A stretch of DNA of 63,021 nucleotides, the filler included, from Welwitschia mirabilis (lineage: Eukaryota), in assembly GCA_051453625.1 (NCBI GenBank). It is 4 parts of one record of this genome, joined end to end, with 100 filler letters (N's around TTAATTAATTAA, not from the genome) between each part and the next. Parts side by side here need not be neighbours in the genome. Positions count along the whole stretch, not along the records: positions 40,357 to 63,021 come from JBOZIK010000001.1; 3 more parts are not named here. The stretch is one strand, 5' to 3'. The position numbers and the translations under genes were made by a program. Each line of letters starts with the position of its first letter. Positions within the stretch are counted from its first letter, which is position 1. Under the pieces are notes generated by a model. It searched no databases. It saw nothing but the letters and a program-made list of their open reading frames with translations, and was not told where the DNA came from. Below, one piece after another: positions 40,722 through 54,355 of the stretch.

Positions 40722-43670
40722 ATAATAAAGTTTATATTTAAACTTTGAGGCTATGGAATTAGTAATGTTCCTAGTGTCATCAGAGGAATTGCATATTTCC
40801 TAGGCTCTTAGTCTTTCCATATAATCATTTCATTTCTTAAGATTTAGATGTTTATTTTGAGATAATGATAGGAGAGTTCATTTTTTGACCAATTCTTTGG
40901 TCTAATCATCCACTATTTAAAGCATATTACTTTAGCATTGTTATAATCACTGCCTTATTGAATGGATGTTTTGTACATTAATCATGCATTTTTCACATCA
41001 AGTGATGTTATGTTTTCTTTCATGGAAATTTGCTAGTTTAAAATGTTAGATTGGTGAGATCTCTTTTATTTATATTATCTTATGCCCATCCTTCTTGTCT
41101 TCTTTTATGGTTTGGTTAGTTATTTCAAAGTCATTACTATATTTCCTTAGCATGTTTTCCTTGTTTTAGTTTTTAATAAAAAGAGTGCTTTCTTATTTTG
41201 TTTTTGTTTTTTATTTTCTTCAGATTTTTGGTGTTTTAAGTGTTGCTCATGTTTTTTTTGTGATGAAATATTTTTATTGTGTACTCTTCTTATCAGAATA
41301 TTTTATATTCTTATTTTTTTTTCAAATTTGATATTACTCAGCTTTATACTTTGTTTTTTAAGTTGTTCTCATTATTTTTTATTTGTCTTCTTACTCCCAT
41401 CTATTTTCTTTGCTTTATTTTCTAATATAAGATATATGTCTTTTCTTTGTTGGGGGTGGAGGGTTGGAGGTGGGGGATGAGGGGAGGTGGAAGAGGATAA
41501 AGACCCATTTTTATGGCTCATTTTCAAAAATTTTTAAATCTTTCATGACATAAAATTTTCAAAATTTTCATACACATTGTGCATTACTTGTTATCTATCC
41601 ATATAATGTGTTTTATAAGCCTATTTTATGATTTCCAGATTTATCTTTTGAAAATTAAATTGGTTTGTAATTGTAGTTTTTCCACTTGATTTTTGTCAAT
41701 GACTGACAAATACTAAGTGGAGGGCTATGTTGCACTACCAATTTATGGTTATTTGATGGATTTTATGAGTTGTTTTACAGGACTTTTATACAGGTTTAGA
41801 TGCAATTCTAAGGATTTTAGAGATACAAGAAGAAATCTTAGAAAAGTGTAATTATTATCTAAATTCTATACATTAAAGGCACTTTCTGATAACCAGAGCT
41901 TTGAAGAAGAATTCATGACAAAAATGCTAAGTTCTCTTTAAATAAATCATCAAAGAAGACCGTTGTCCCCTTGGTCATCTACATGACAGATAGGACAATG
42001 ACTACTGATGTGGACTACTAAGTCATCCTTTCAAAGATATTTCATGATGTACTATCATCCCCCATATCATTCGAAAGACATCCCGGATGACACTGACATG
42101 TAACTATTATTGATAGATTCCCTTAGCTATTTCATCTATTTCTAAATCCTTAATGAGTGCACCTAACTGCACCTTCTTTCTATCCTTTTCTATTATATTT
42201 TCCTATAAATAAGTTTCCCTTTAACTCTCCTTATGATCTTTGATGCACCAGAGATTCTCATGATAGAAGAGTAAAGGACGAGAGATCTATCTTAAGCATT
42301 ACAAAAAGCATGCCCTTGGTGGATGGCTATGTATCCTTCATTGAGACCTAACTATTTTATAACCAAGATACTTATTACCCTTTTAATATAAATCTTGGTT
42401 TATTTTCATGTTTGCATGTTCTCTTATAACCCTTATAGTCTAATGTTGCCCTTGCTCTAATGATAATTTTTTAGGTGATATAGATTATCAAGGGTAACCT
42501 TTATTAAGGCTGAAAGAAAGTAGGATTAGGATTATTGTTTGCATTACATATTAGTTTAGATTGCATCTTGCATCTTGCATGGTACTTTATTTTCTTGCGC
42601 TGTTATTTATTTCTAGTTCCTAATTTATTTGCAAAGCAACTTGAGTCCCATACTCATAGACTTCAACATGGATATGACATTTCAGATTAACTCTCATTAT
42701 ACTAGTGTGATGTATTGTGTAAAATATCTATTTTGATTATTAATGACAGGATTTTTTTAGACATAAAATCTTGCATAAATACACATCTCAACATTTATAA
42801 AGCTTTAAAGAAGGATTATTAACCAAAATGCTAAGTTCTCTTCAAGAAAATGATCAAAGAAAACCATCATCCCCATAACATGCAAGATGATGACTACTAA
42901 TATGGATTGCTAAATTATCATTCTGAGAATATTTTATAATGTGTTGTCATTCCTCATAGTCCTAATGACACTGAGATGTAACTAACTTTGACAGCGATCT
43001 TTAACTGTTTCATCTGTTTTATTTATGAGTGAACCTAACTAAACTTATCATTTATCTTTTTTTACTATGAGTTATTATAAATAAACCCATTTTTAACTAT
43101 CTTTCTTATTTTATTGCACTGGAAATCCTTGTGATAGGAGGTCAAAGGATGGAAGATCCATCTTGAGTATTATAGAAAGACATGCACTTGGTGGAAGGAT
43201 ATGTATCCTTTATTGAGACCCAGCTATTTTGTAACTAAGATGCTTGTTACTCTTTTTTAAATATAAACTTTATCTTGTTTTCATATTTTCATGTTAGTTT
43301 ATTTGATAATCCTTATAGTCTATGTTGCTCTTGATCTGGTGACAATTTCTTCAGTGATATAGATTACCAAGGGTAGCTTTTGTTAAAGCCAAAAGTAAGT
43401 AGTAATTAGTTTATTTTTCATTTACATTTAGAATAGTTGCATCTTGCATATGCATTGTACATTATTTATTTACATTTTTTGTTTATTTCTAATTCCTATA
43501 TTCTTTTACAAAGCAATCTAAGTTTTATCCTATAGACTTTAATGTGAATATGACATTTTGGATCTACTCTCACTCATGCTAGTATGATGTATTATGTAAG
43601 ATATCTATTTTGGTTATAAATGATAGGATCTCTTTGAATATAAAAACTTGCACAAATACACACCACAACA

Positions 43671-44829
43671 CACATAATAAGTAAGTATGACTTGATCATT
43701 TTGTAATTTTCTAATTGTCTTTTTTTTTTTTACTCATAGTTTTTATTTATAAGGACTATTTATCTTTTAAGCACCTTAAATTAATGCATTCCTTGCACTT
43801 TGATTGATGTATTTCTTTTATTTTATGCTAATGCTTTTTCCATTCTTTTGCTTTTGCTTTTACATACATCCACTGATACAATCTTAAATGCTCATTAATT
43901 TTAAGGCACATTTGAGGAGTTCTCATGAGTATTTATTCCTTCTACTTAGTGCATTTCTTTCTCTTTAAATACCCTTTTTACATAAGTCTCTTTCCACGAT
44001 GGTTATGTTTTTTAGGATATTTCTTTACTTTCTATCTTCTTTCTGCAATTTTTTGTTTTTTGAATGCTTACTTGCTTTTAGACTTTTTTGGATTTTTTCT
44101 ATCTTTCCAAACATCTCATTTGATTACTATTATTCCATGTCTATTGTTACCATGATGAATAGGACGATAAGCATTCTTTTATTCTATTACAATCCAAGAT
44201 GTCTTACTTTACCTGTGGGGGGAGCAGGACATCTTTCTAAGCATTCTTCTGAGATATTGAGTAAAAATTTTAAATTTAAAATAATCATTTTGAGCTTTCA
44301 TGATACATATTTATGATGAGTTATTTGGACATAATTTCATGTTAATTGAATAAATTTTATGAACTTTATTTAATAGGATCATAGTGACACTCTTACGGTG
44401 TTTTCTTGCAACTACGTTTCAGATCATCTAGAAAAAAGAATGCTATGATTACTCTTGTACTTTACCCTTGTAGAATACATTAATGAACTTTTTAGACATT
44501 ATTCTTTAATATTATTACTCCTTAAGCTTTACACATTAGTTTCAATATCACTTTCTCACATTATACATACACATTATTATTTTCTGAGCTATGTCATTTT
44601 ACATTTTATGATTTTTATATGTGTATGATATTCATTCATTCTATTGTAAAGTGTTTAAGTAGGAGGCTTATGAATACATCAGTGGTTGTATCAATTAGTA
44701 TCTTTTTGATGTCTATTCCTACATGCCAAAATTCCATTTTTCTAGTTACTGATTATCTTAGTCAAATTGGCTTGCAATATAGTTAACCACTTACTTTATC
44801 AGGGATTGATAAGGCTAAGGAGGAGGATA
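43671..44829 (+). mobile_element. 3' non-coding region of a family-A element ending in a PPT
   Basis: Homologous to ~49680-50757; ends AAGGAGGAGGATA|TG. Confidence 0.75.
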
Positions 44830-46738
44830 TGTTATGATGCTAATTTATAGGAATTTAATAATGTATTTAGAGTACTTTTGTAGGACATTTATATAGATTT
44901 AGATGCAAATCTAATAATTATGGAGAGTCAATGGGATGATCATGGAAACACATAATTCTTGGCATATTTGAAGGCATTTTAGACATGTTCTGGTACTTAG
45001 TGTGTTGGAGAAAGATTAATAATGAAGAAGGATGATTTGCTTTAGCTAGAGAGCTTTGGAATGTTGTCATTTCTTCTATTTCTTTCATGATAGATAGGAT
45101 GACAACACTGTATTAGCTTATTACAACAACAACTTAGACTAGAGCTTGAAGTCAATTGGCACTGTTTCTAAGGAGGTGTCATTTCCACTGTCATCCCCAC
45201 AACATAAGGGATGATAAAACATTTTAAACTAAATATGAGACCAATTATGGAACCAAAATATAATGAATTATCTATTATTATGGAGCTTCATCCCCACTAT
45301 CATCCCTATGGTGGTCAAGACAATAAGTGATTTGTATAAAAGAGACTAAATTATCTTATAATGAGGTCATGCATCCCACCTGGGCTGTGAGGGTTTCTTC
45401 TCCAACTTCTAGGGCAACAGTTCTAGAACATTTAATGTAAAACTATAAATACCTCCCTTGTCCTTACTTCCAATTCATCTTTTAGATACAATGTTCTTGT
45501 GACATAAGATTTAAGGATAAGAGGTCCATATAGTAGCTACAGAGAGAAGTTACCCTTGGTGTTGAGCTAAGTATCCTCCATTGAGGTGCTGCTACTTTTT
45601 TATAAGTGAATGTAAATGTTTCATGATTAATTTAATTACTCTTTTTACTATAATTGTGTTTATATCTCTTATGGTTTAAGTTAATTACAGTTTAGTGATA
45701 ATTCTATAATTTATTTGGGTCATAAAGATAACCTTTGTTAAGGTTGATTATATTAGTTTAGATTTGCATTGATATTTCATTCTCATTTCACATTGGCATT
45801 TCATATTCTATTTGGCATATCTCATAGTTCATGTTGGTTAGGAATAAGTGATGAACTCTTCTTAATTAATTTGAGTATAGAGAGCTAGTTCTTATGATAG
45901 GAGAATTAGGATCTAAATAGAACCCATATTATTCTCATTTCATCCATTACATTTCATATTCATTCATCATTGCATTGTATTTTTATTATTTGTTTACTCT
46001 CATTAATTAAAAAATAAAAGATAAAAAATACTCTTGGAAATTAATTCTCTAACTTCTAGCCTAGTACCTTCAATGGGTTACAACACTTGGGTTAACTTCT
46101 ATCTGAGCTAGGGTGTGTATCTCTCAAGTATTATAATTTATAGGATTCTCTAAATGAATTAAAGATTGCATAAATTTACATTACAATATTTTGGAACTAT
46201 TACTAGAAAAGGCCACAAGGAGATGGAGGATTATCACTATCTAGATAAGTACACTTAAATTTCAGTTTAGATTTCTTTTTTTGAAATAGTATTGTATCTT
46301 TATTTGTAGTTTAGTAGATTTATTTCTAAAATTTTTTATTTTTTATAGTTTTAATATTGTTATTCCCTTTATTGTCCTCACTGAGAATGATAGTTTCGAT
46401 TTTTGGATTTATCTTTTTTTCTAATTTTTTTCAAGTTCTATGTTTTTGATTTTTATAGCATAATAATACATCATTTCCACTGTCGTTCCCATGACACCTA
46501 GAATGATAGTCTATAATCTATTCTTTGGTTACACAAATTTCCCTTTTTCTATAGTCATTTTGTTAGCTATTTTTATGATAATTAAGATAATAAACATTAC
46601 ACATATTTTGAGTGTTAAGGATCAAATTTTGATAAAACAATAAAACATCAAAGATAATAACTTGATCTTCATTATGTAATTATCTTCCTTACCATATTAA
46701 AATAAAATTCTCTTATTCCATTCTTCTTAATTGCTTCA

Positions 46739-48400
46739 ATGAAAGATGATAGAAGAACTATTGAGGAAATTCTTGTTGAAAGGAAAAGAAACTTGAAAAA
46801 TTTTAAGGATAATAGTAAGAAATCACTTCAAAAAAGTTTTGCAAAAAGATGAAGAACAACATAAAATGATGTTAAGGGTATGAATTAGACCCCTTCCTCT
46901 TTTTAACCTTCTTATTCTTTTTCCTTTTTTTTTTTTTTTCAAACCTCATATAGAAATGACAATGAAGATTTTCCACATTTTAGGTATTCTACCTTATTTA
47001 GATAAACTTCTAACAAACATTTTTGTCAATCCCAACCAACTCCCATGCATTACTATGAAGAAGAAATATCTCTCATGAACTACTACGAGAAAGACAATGA
47101 TCCATAAAAAGAAATATTTTACAAAATGAACAACAACAAAGAAAACATTAACAAGAACCTAGACAATTTAGTTGAAATGTTGTAACAAATATAATTATAA
47201 AGTCAAGGTTCTTTTATAACACAACATTCTCAAAACTATTCTACTTTATTCTACCTTAAGGAAAATGAGGAAAACTTAGAAATAAATGATAATGATTCTT
47301 ACTTTTAAATAGAAGATGAAATTTTGGATCAAACTTCAACATCCTACTCATTAGAAGATGAGAAAAGGGGAGATAACAATAATTTAACTTAATCTTTCAA
47401 CACTTAAAATAAGGATGACCATTCATTAGACAATCATATTAAGGTCTTAGATTATATCCTTATCATCCGTTTATTACTAGATAATCTATATGAAGAATCC
47501 ATTCATGAAGAATCTAAAAATGTTTCAATTAATGATGAAGATGATGCTATTATTTCTTTTGATAATCTATTTGATGAATCCAATAATTTAGACAATGAAA
47601 GAAATATTCAACATGAGAAGGAAGATATAGTTACAAACAATGATGAGGAAAGTGAAGAAACAACCCAACGAAATAATGATAAAGACATTCATGAAGAAAC
47701 TGACCATAATGAAGAACCCATAGAGATTTATTCAAACTTCATAGAGGATAGACTTATTCATTCTACTCATACTTCTACATTCTTTTCACCTATGCCTTCA
47801 TGTATAACTTTAAATCACATCCTTCCTTTCATTTTTACTTCCACTTTTACATTACCTTATGGTCTTAATAATGATAGCCTTCCTCCATCTCTTCCAATTG
47901 AACTTTCATATAATTCTCAAAGACATCTTCCTTTTTTTGACCTTCATGAAACTCATAATTTTGAAGAGTCTATTTCTCCTATATCTCAATTTCTTCCTTT
48001 TAAAAATCCATTTGATCCTTAAAGTAATATTTTTTTTTCTCTATCAAGTCTACTTTATTTTGTGCTTTTGATGATTATCCTTTTTAAAAGTTTTACTTGG
48101 AATTTCTTGGAATTTTAAATTGGGATAAACCTTATCTTCTTGATGATAACCAATTCTTGGAGTTAAATCCTAAGGAGCTTCTCAATCTTATTAAACATTA
48201 TCAAAAGCCCTTAAAAATTTCTTCGATCTACTCTTTGAGTAGAACCTTGAATGTATTATATAATGATACTCATGATTTATAATATTTTAATAAGATATTA
48301 TTTGTTAATGAAATTTATGACTGCTTTATCTCTTATTTGGATTAATAAAATTTGTACTATTAAAGTTTTATCATTTTACTCTCTTTTCCTTTAATTGATT
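46739..48400 (+). pseudogene. Degenerate acidic internal ORF of A2
   Basis: MKDDRRTIEEILVERKR…NYYEKDNDP…QTSTSYSLEDEK…LEFLGILNWDKPYLLDDNQFLELNPKELL. Confidence 0.55.
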
Positions 48401-49098
48401 TTATTTCAAAATTATTGTATACCTTTTATGTTTTATCAATTGATTTCTATTTTATTTGAACCTTATTTTTGTAAAAACATATAATACTTAAGTGCACCTT
48501 TTACATACTAGTTAAACCTCTTAATGGTTAGGTCTTTATCTTTTAGAAAAAGTACATTTTAAAATGGCTCAATTGAAATCTTTAACTTGAACACTTGAAA
48601 AATGTAGAAGTTAATGGATAGAAGGTTAAAAATCATTGAAATATCTATCGATTAAAAGTTGAACATGATAGAATCATTTGTCTTAGATTTTACTCCTGCC
48701 ATTATATCAATATTTCCTTAGCTAATTCTTTTGGTAAATGTTATGTTGTCACTTGAACATCTTTAAATTGACTAATATTTTACTTACGCATTCTAATTAA
48801 TAAGATTGAGTTAAATTAATCTTAAGTCATTCATGTATCTATGAACTTTATTTTGAAGGAAGATGACTTCATTTCTATTGTTCTCTCTCAATGATGTAAT
48901 TCTTTAATTGTTTAGGATATTCTTCCTTATTTTTCATCTCATTACTTCATCCTTATTCTTATAAGTACTTGGTTATGTGGAATTCTGATTTTCACTACCC
49001 CTCTCCAAAAAAAGGGAAAAAAAGAGAAAAAATATAAATAAATAAAAAGAAAGAAATAATAACCATGATCTTTTGTATCTGAACTAAAATCATGATCA

Positions 49099-49254
49099 CC
49101 ATGATGTCCTATTCCAAGCACATTAAGGCAAATTTTATCAAAAAGGGTCTTTAGCAATGTGATATGGTAGCTATAGGAACTTTATTGAAGGGTCAGTTGT
49201 CCATGATACATGGTCCTTACTCCTTTGATAGTGGTTGCACTCCCTTCATCACGA
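49099..49254 (+). ncRNA. Conserved RNA-like motif copy in A2
   Basis: CCATGATG…GGTTGCACTCCCTTCATCACG. Confidence 0.5.
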
Positions 49255-50129
49255 AAAATAGTTTTTACTTAGAGCCTATGGGATTAGTGATGTTCCTAAT
49301 TTCATCAGAGGTCTTACTTGTTTTCTAGACTCATTTTGTAGTACTTCTGCATGATTAATCTACTTTTTTTGGATTCTAGTGTTGTTTTGGGATATAACCA
49401 GGTGAGTTCATTTCTAAACAGCTTTTGATCTTATTATTCCTTAATTAAAAACATTAGATATAATTGGTTTTGTCATAATCATTACTTATTAGAGTGGAAC
49501 TTTATGCATTTTTACATTATATCATGCATCATTATCAAGTAATGATTTCTACCAATGGACTTTGCTAGGATGGAAATATTAATAGGTCAACAATCTTATT
49601 CATGTTTCTAGTTGCTTATTTTCAATGTTTTTCTTAATATTTTGTTTGAAATTTTTAAACTCATTTTTATATCTTTTTTCACATCATAATTAGGACTTAA
49701 TCATTTAGTGGTTTTCTAGTTATCTTTTTATTTTCATTCATAGTTTTTATTTATAAAAGTTATTTTTCTTTTAAGCACTTTAAATTGATGCATTCCTTTT
49801 ACTTTGATTGATGTGTTCCTTTTTTTATGTTAATGTTTTTTTCATTTCTTTGCTTTTGTCTTTGCATACATTCACTTACACAATCTTGAATGCTCATTAA
49901 TTTTAGAACATATTTGAGGAGTTCTTTTAAGCATTACTTCCTTCTACTTAGTACATTTTCTTCTCTTTAGATACCCTTTTTCACATAAGTCTCTTTCTAT
50001 CATGGTCATGTTTTTCAACATATTTTTTCACTTTCTACCTTCTTTCTACTTTTCTGCTACTATTTAACTAGTTGCTTGCTTTCAAAAATTTTCAAATTTT
50101 TCTTAGTTGTCCAAACATCTCATTTGTTA

Positions 50130-50710
50130 TCCCATGTTTATCATCCACATGATAAAAAAGATGATAGTCATCCTTTTTTACTTTGTGCAATTCAGGACAT
50201 CCTCCTTTACTTGGGGGGAAGGGGGTTGAGACACATTTCTGAGCATTCTTATAAGATATTAAGCAAAAATTTATAATTTTAAAAAGGATCATATTTGAGC
50301 TTTCATGATACATATCTATGATGAGTTATGTGGATATGATTTCATGTTACTTAAATAAATTTCATAAACTTTATTTAGCAAGAGCACAGTAGCACTCTTA
50401 CAACATTTTCCTGCAATCCCATGTTTATCATCCACATGATAAAAAAGATGATAGTCATCCTTTTTTACTTTGTGCAATTAAGGATGTCCTCCTTTACTGG
50501 GGGGGGAGGGGGTTGAAACACATTTCTAAGCATTCTTCTAAGATATTAAGTAAAAATTTCTAATTTTAAAAAGGATCATATTTGAGCTTTCATAATACAT
50601 ATCTATGACGAGTTATGTGGATATGATTTCATGTTACTGGAATAAATTTCATAAACTTTATTTAACAAGAGCACAGTAGCACTCTTACAACATTTTCTTG
50701 CAACTATGTT
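50130..50710 (+). repeat. Tandem duplication of a ~290-bp unit
   Basis: CCCATGTTTATCATCCACATGATAAAAAAG starts at ~50131 and again at ~50418. Confidence 0.85.
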
Positions 50711-51248
50711 TTAGAGCATCTAAGGAAAAGAATGATATGATTACTCTTGTACTTTATNNNNNNNNNNNNNNNNNNNNNNNNNNNNNNNNNNNNNNNNNNN
50801 NNNNNNNNNNNNNNNNNNNNNNNNNNNNNNNNNNNNNNNNNNNNNNNNNNNNNNNNNTTCTGTATTCTACTTGGCATATCTCATAGTTCATGTTGGTTAG
50901 GAATAAGTGATAAACTCTTCTTAATTGATTTGAAGTATAGAGAGCTAGTTCTTGTAATAAGAGAATTAGGATCCAAATAAAACTCCTCTCATTTATATTT
51001 CATCCATTTCATTTAATCTTCATTCATCATTGCATTATATTTTAATGTTTATTTATTTTTATTTATTAAAAGATAAAAGACCAAAAATACTCTTAGAAAT
51101 CAATTCTCTAACTTCTAGTCTAGTGCCTTCAATATATTATGACATTATGGTTAACTCTTGTCTATATTAGTATGTGTTTTTCTGTAAGTATTTTGATTTA
51201 TAAGTTTGCCTAAAGGACTTAGAGATTGCATAAATTCACATCACAACA

Positions 51249-54200
51249 ATTATCAAGCATGATTTAAATATAATACATATATATGGAAATGATATTATCT
51301 TTAGTGCTACTAATGATTTCTTATGCAACAAAATTTGCTAAACTTATCCAGGGGAAATTTGAAATGATCATTGTCATGAGATGAATGATTTTTTTAGATT
51401 AAAAGTTATGTAACATGAAGAAGGTATATTTGTTTGAAAATCTAAATATATTAAGATCTTGTAAGAAAAATATAAGCTATAGGATGTAACAAAAAATGAA
51501 GACAAATGAGCTTAAATGTAAAACTAGACAAGGATGTTCTTAGTAAGAAAGTAAACTAAAAGGTATATAAAGGTATGATTTATAATTTACTTCTTATTAC
51601 CTTTAGATCTAACATAATGCTAAGTGTTAGAATATGTGCTTACTATTAGAGTGATCCTAGAAAATCACATCTATTATGACGTACATTAAATAGTTTGTAA
51701 AGATAATAAGAAAAGTATAAGTAAATGCTATTATTACCATGATCAATGCTTATAGCTATAGAGTAGTAAGAAGAAAAATTCCATAACCCTTTCAAATGTA
51801 GAAGTAGAATAGATTTATGTAAGAAGTAGTTATGCCCAACTTTCATGGATGAAATAGAAAATTACAAATCTTGGTGTTATCATAAAGCACATTTTAGTAC
51901 ATTGTAATAACAAAATCATGTTCAACATATCAAAGAATTATATTTAACACCCTTAAACAAATCACATAGATATGCATTACCATTTCCTCAACGATTTTTT
52001 ATAAAGCTAAAACATCAATTTGAAGTATGTTAAAATAAAATATTAATTGACTAATATCTTTGTAAAATCTTTAGAGCAGATTAGATTGTACAATTTATAT
52101 ACAGAATTGGGGATTCATCCATATCTAATTAGATAAGTTAAAGGTATATGATTTATTGTTTACTATAGTGTTTAATTATAGTAGTTTTAAGTTTTCTAGG
52201 CATTATTGACATATTCATTATGCATTTTACAACTTCTTGTAATTTTCTAAGCATTTTCTATGTAACAATTTTTTGTGTCATAAACATCTTATAATTTTCT
52301 AAGATGTAGATGTATTTTATTATAATAGGTGTATCCTATCAAGGTTTTTATGTTTTAAGATAACCTTATTATAAATGTCTCATATGTTATAGGCATTCCT
52401 CAAGCACATTTTTAATGTCTTTAACTTTAAAGATGTCTATAATCTCTTTAAAATAAAAAGGAGATAAAAGAAAATACTTAGGATTAAATTTCTTTTAAAG
52501 TATAAATCCTTATTTGATAAAATTATTTTTTCATCTACATAAGCTACATTTCTTTCTTTCAAGCTTCTTAGACCATTCATCCTAAATATTGGACCACTGC
52601 AAGATGTCTCCTACCTCATCTCTAAAAACATCTACTTACTTATAAGACTTCTTCCTCTTTCAAGTTAAATTTCTAAACTTATTCTTTAGTGTTTTCTTAT
52701 TATCTTTTCTAATGACTTGCATTAAGGATACTTCTAGCTCTAGAAATAATTCTATAATTAAAAAAAAGTAAAAAAACTCGATTTTAAACAAAATAAAAAG
52801 ACATAAATTTGTCATTACTTTAAGTCTCTTGGGTAGTACAAATTCATTGAACTCACATAGAGTATCATTAATCATATAATTCATGAGACCCATTGTAATT
52901 TACATGAAAATGATTTTGCTTTAGACATCTTCAAAATGCAAGTACATGAAAAAAATCCTTCCCATTGCTCCTAAATTTATTAATAATCTTCTTAGGATAG
53001 ATGTAGCAAATGTTTTAAAGCTATATTTTTTTTCAACTTTTAAAAGCATTTTTATATGCAGAGTAGTAAATGTTTCTTATAAAGATCTCACAACTCATAT
53101 TTTTTTTTCTAATGTTGTATATTTATTAATGAATACACTAAATACAAATAAATGATCCTCGATGCTTCCATCTTCAGATTAATGGTATTTTATAATATTC
53201 TTATAAGAAGTAGGAGTTACAATTATTGTATCATAATGAAAACTTTTATGTACTACTTACTAGTTAGTTCTTGTATAGATATTGGATATCTCATTTATAA
53301 AGATATGATCTTGCAATACCACCATGCATAGACTTGTAATCATTCATTTTTAAATACTATGATCATTTCCAATAATGAAATCCTACTTTAAATCTAATTA
53401 TAAATAAAAATTTATTATTAGACTTTAATAAAAAGAAAAAGAATACAAAATTTAGAAGTGTAGGTTCTAACTCATACGAATCAATTCTTAAGCATCCAGA
53501 TTAGTTAGAGCATAAGTTTCATCATTAGTAAAAAAATATCTAAAAGAAATTAATAAAGAAATTTAAAATATGGAATGAAACATCATGCACAGAAATAAAC
53601 ATTAAGATAGGCATCACATTGAGCAACTAGTGGAATGAAGCAAATATTCTACTACGTTAAGTAAGTGTACTAGCTCATATTCAAGAGATTATTCAAGTGG
53701 CAACATCTAACTCCTTTGGTAATTCTATCATATCATTGACATATACTAGGATGTGTTAACATGTTTTATGAAATTCCACTTAAACAAATAACAAATGGTA
53801 GCATCAGCCTGACTATATTTCATAGTAACATACTTTATCATTATATAATACGTATCAAGAATATTTATTAAATAACTATGAATAAATTAATGAAAGTGAT
53901 TAAGATGAGTAATAATACATAGAAGAGTTTGACACAATGCATGTCCTACTAAGTAGTATTTTATGATATCCAAAAATGGGGAGAGTTATAAGTGCATGTT
54001 AGAGCATTAATTTAGGACATATCTTATTACTTGTTATGCATAACATGTGTTGAGAACCATATTACTCATCTTAGATTCTTTGTTTTATTAATATTTTGCA
54101 TTAGAATTATCATAATGAGCATTGTTATTGCATAGTAGTATTGTTATTATCCCATTGTTTTCATTGCACTCTATCTTAATCACTTGCATTATGTATCTAA

Positions 54201-54355
54201 TGCTTTTGCCTTAATGAATGCAATTTTTATTATGGATTACTATTTTAATTTTCCTTCTCAAGATGTAAAGTTTTTCCACTAGTTTATAGTTAGTGTTTCT
54301 AATGAATTTTCTAAATTTTTAGACATCATCAAAAAGGTGAAGATTATTAAACCAT
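51249..54355 (+). mobile_element. Broken SIRE-like copia element with long post-pol region and two PPT-like motifs
   Basis: AAAAATGGGGAGAG (~53972) and CATCATCAAAAAGGTGGAGAAT (~54324-54344), then an LTR start interrupted at 54356. Confidence 0.6.
51250..52125 (+). pseudogene. Ty1/copia (SIRE-like) RT/RNase H remnant
   Basis: IHIYGNDIIFSATN…FAKLIQGKFEM (degenerate YVDDIIFG), KHIDMHYHF, TNIFVKSL…ELGI. Confidence 0.8.

Larger units (their letters stand above)
34521..42793 (+). mobile_element. Athila-like element B2 (LTRs 34521-35593 and 41728-42793), gag + protease only, nested in the B1 3' LTR
   Basis: Paired ~1.07-kb LTRs; degenerate PBS near 35597; PPT AAGTGGAGGGCTA before 41728; TSD TTCAC (34516-20)/TTTAT (42794-98). 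Confidence 0.85.
27902..43670 (+). mobile_element. Non-autonomous Athila-like element B1 (5' LTR part 27902-28449; 3' LTR split into 34352-34520 and 42799-43670)
   Basis: LTR end CAACA 28449 plus PBS TGGCGCTATTACTAGGGA; PPT|TGTTGCAC at 34352; 43121-43670 matches 27902-28449. Confidence 0.75.
44830..51248 (+). mobile_element. Non-autonomous Athila-like element A2 (5' LTR 44830-46188; 3' LTR end 50858-51248)
   Basis: LTR, degenerate PBS at 46192, acidic ORF, motif, 3' region and LTR end CATCACAACA. Confidence 0.8.

Noticed and set aside
23301-43675. CACAT before the LTR at 23306 and after the LTR at 43670 as one TSD
   Set aside because: The two LTRs belong to different families, and CACAT at 43671 is part of family-A 3' sequence (compare ~49680); probably coincidence.
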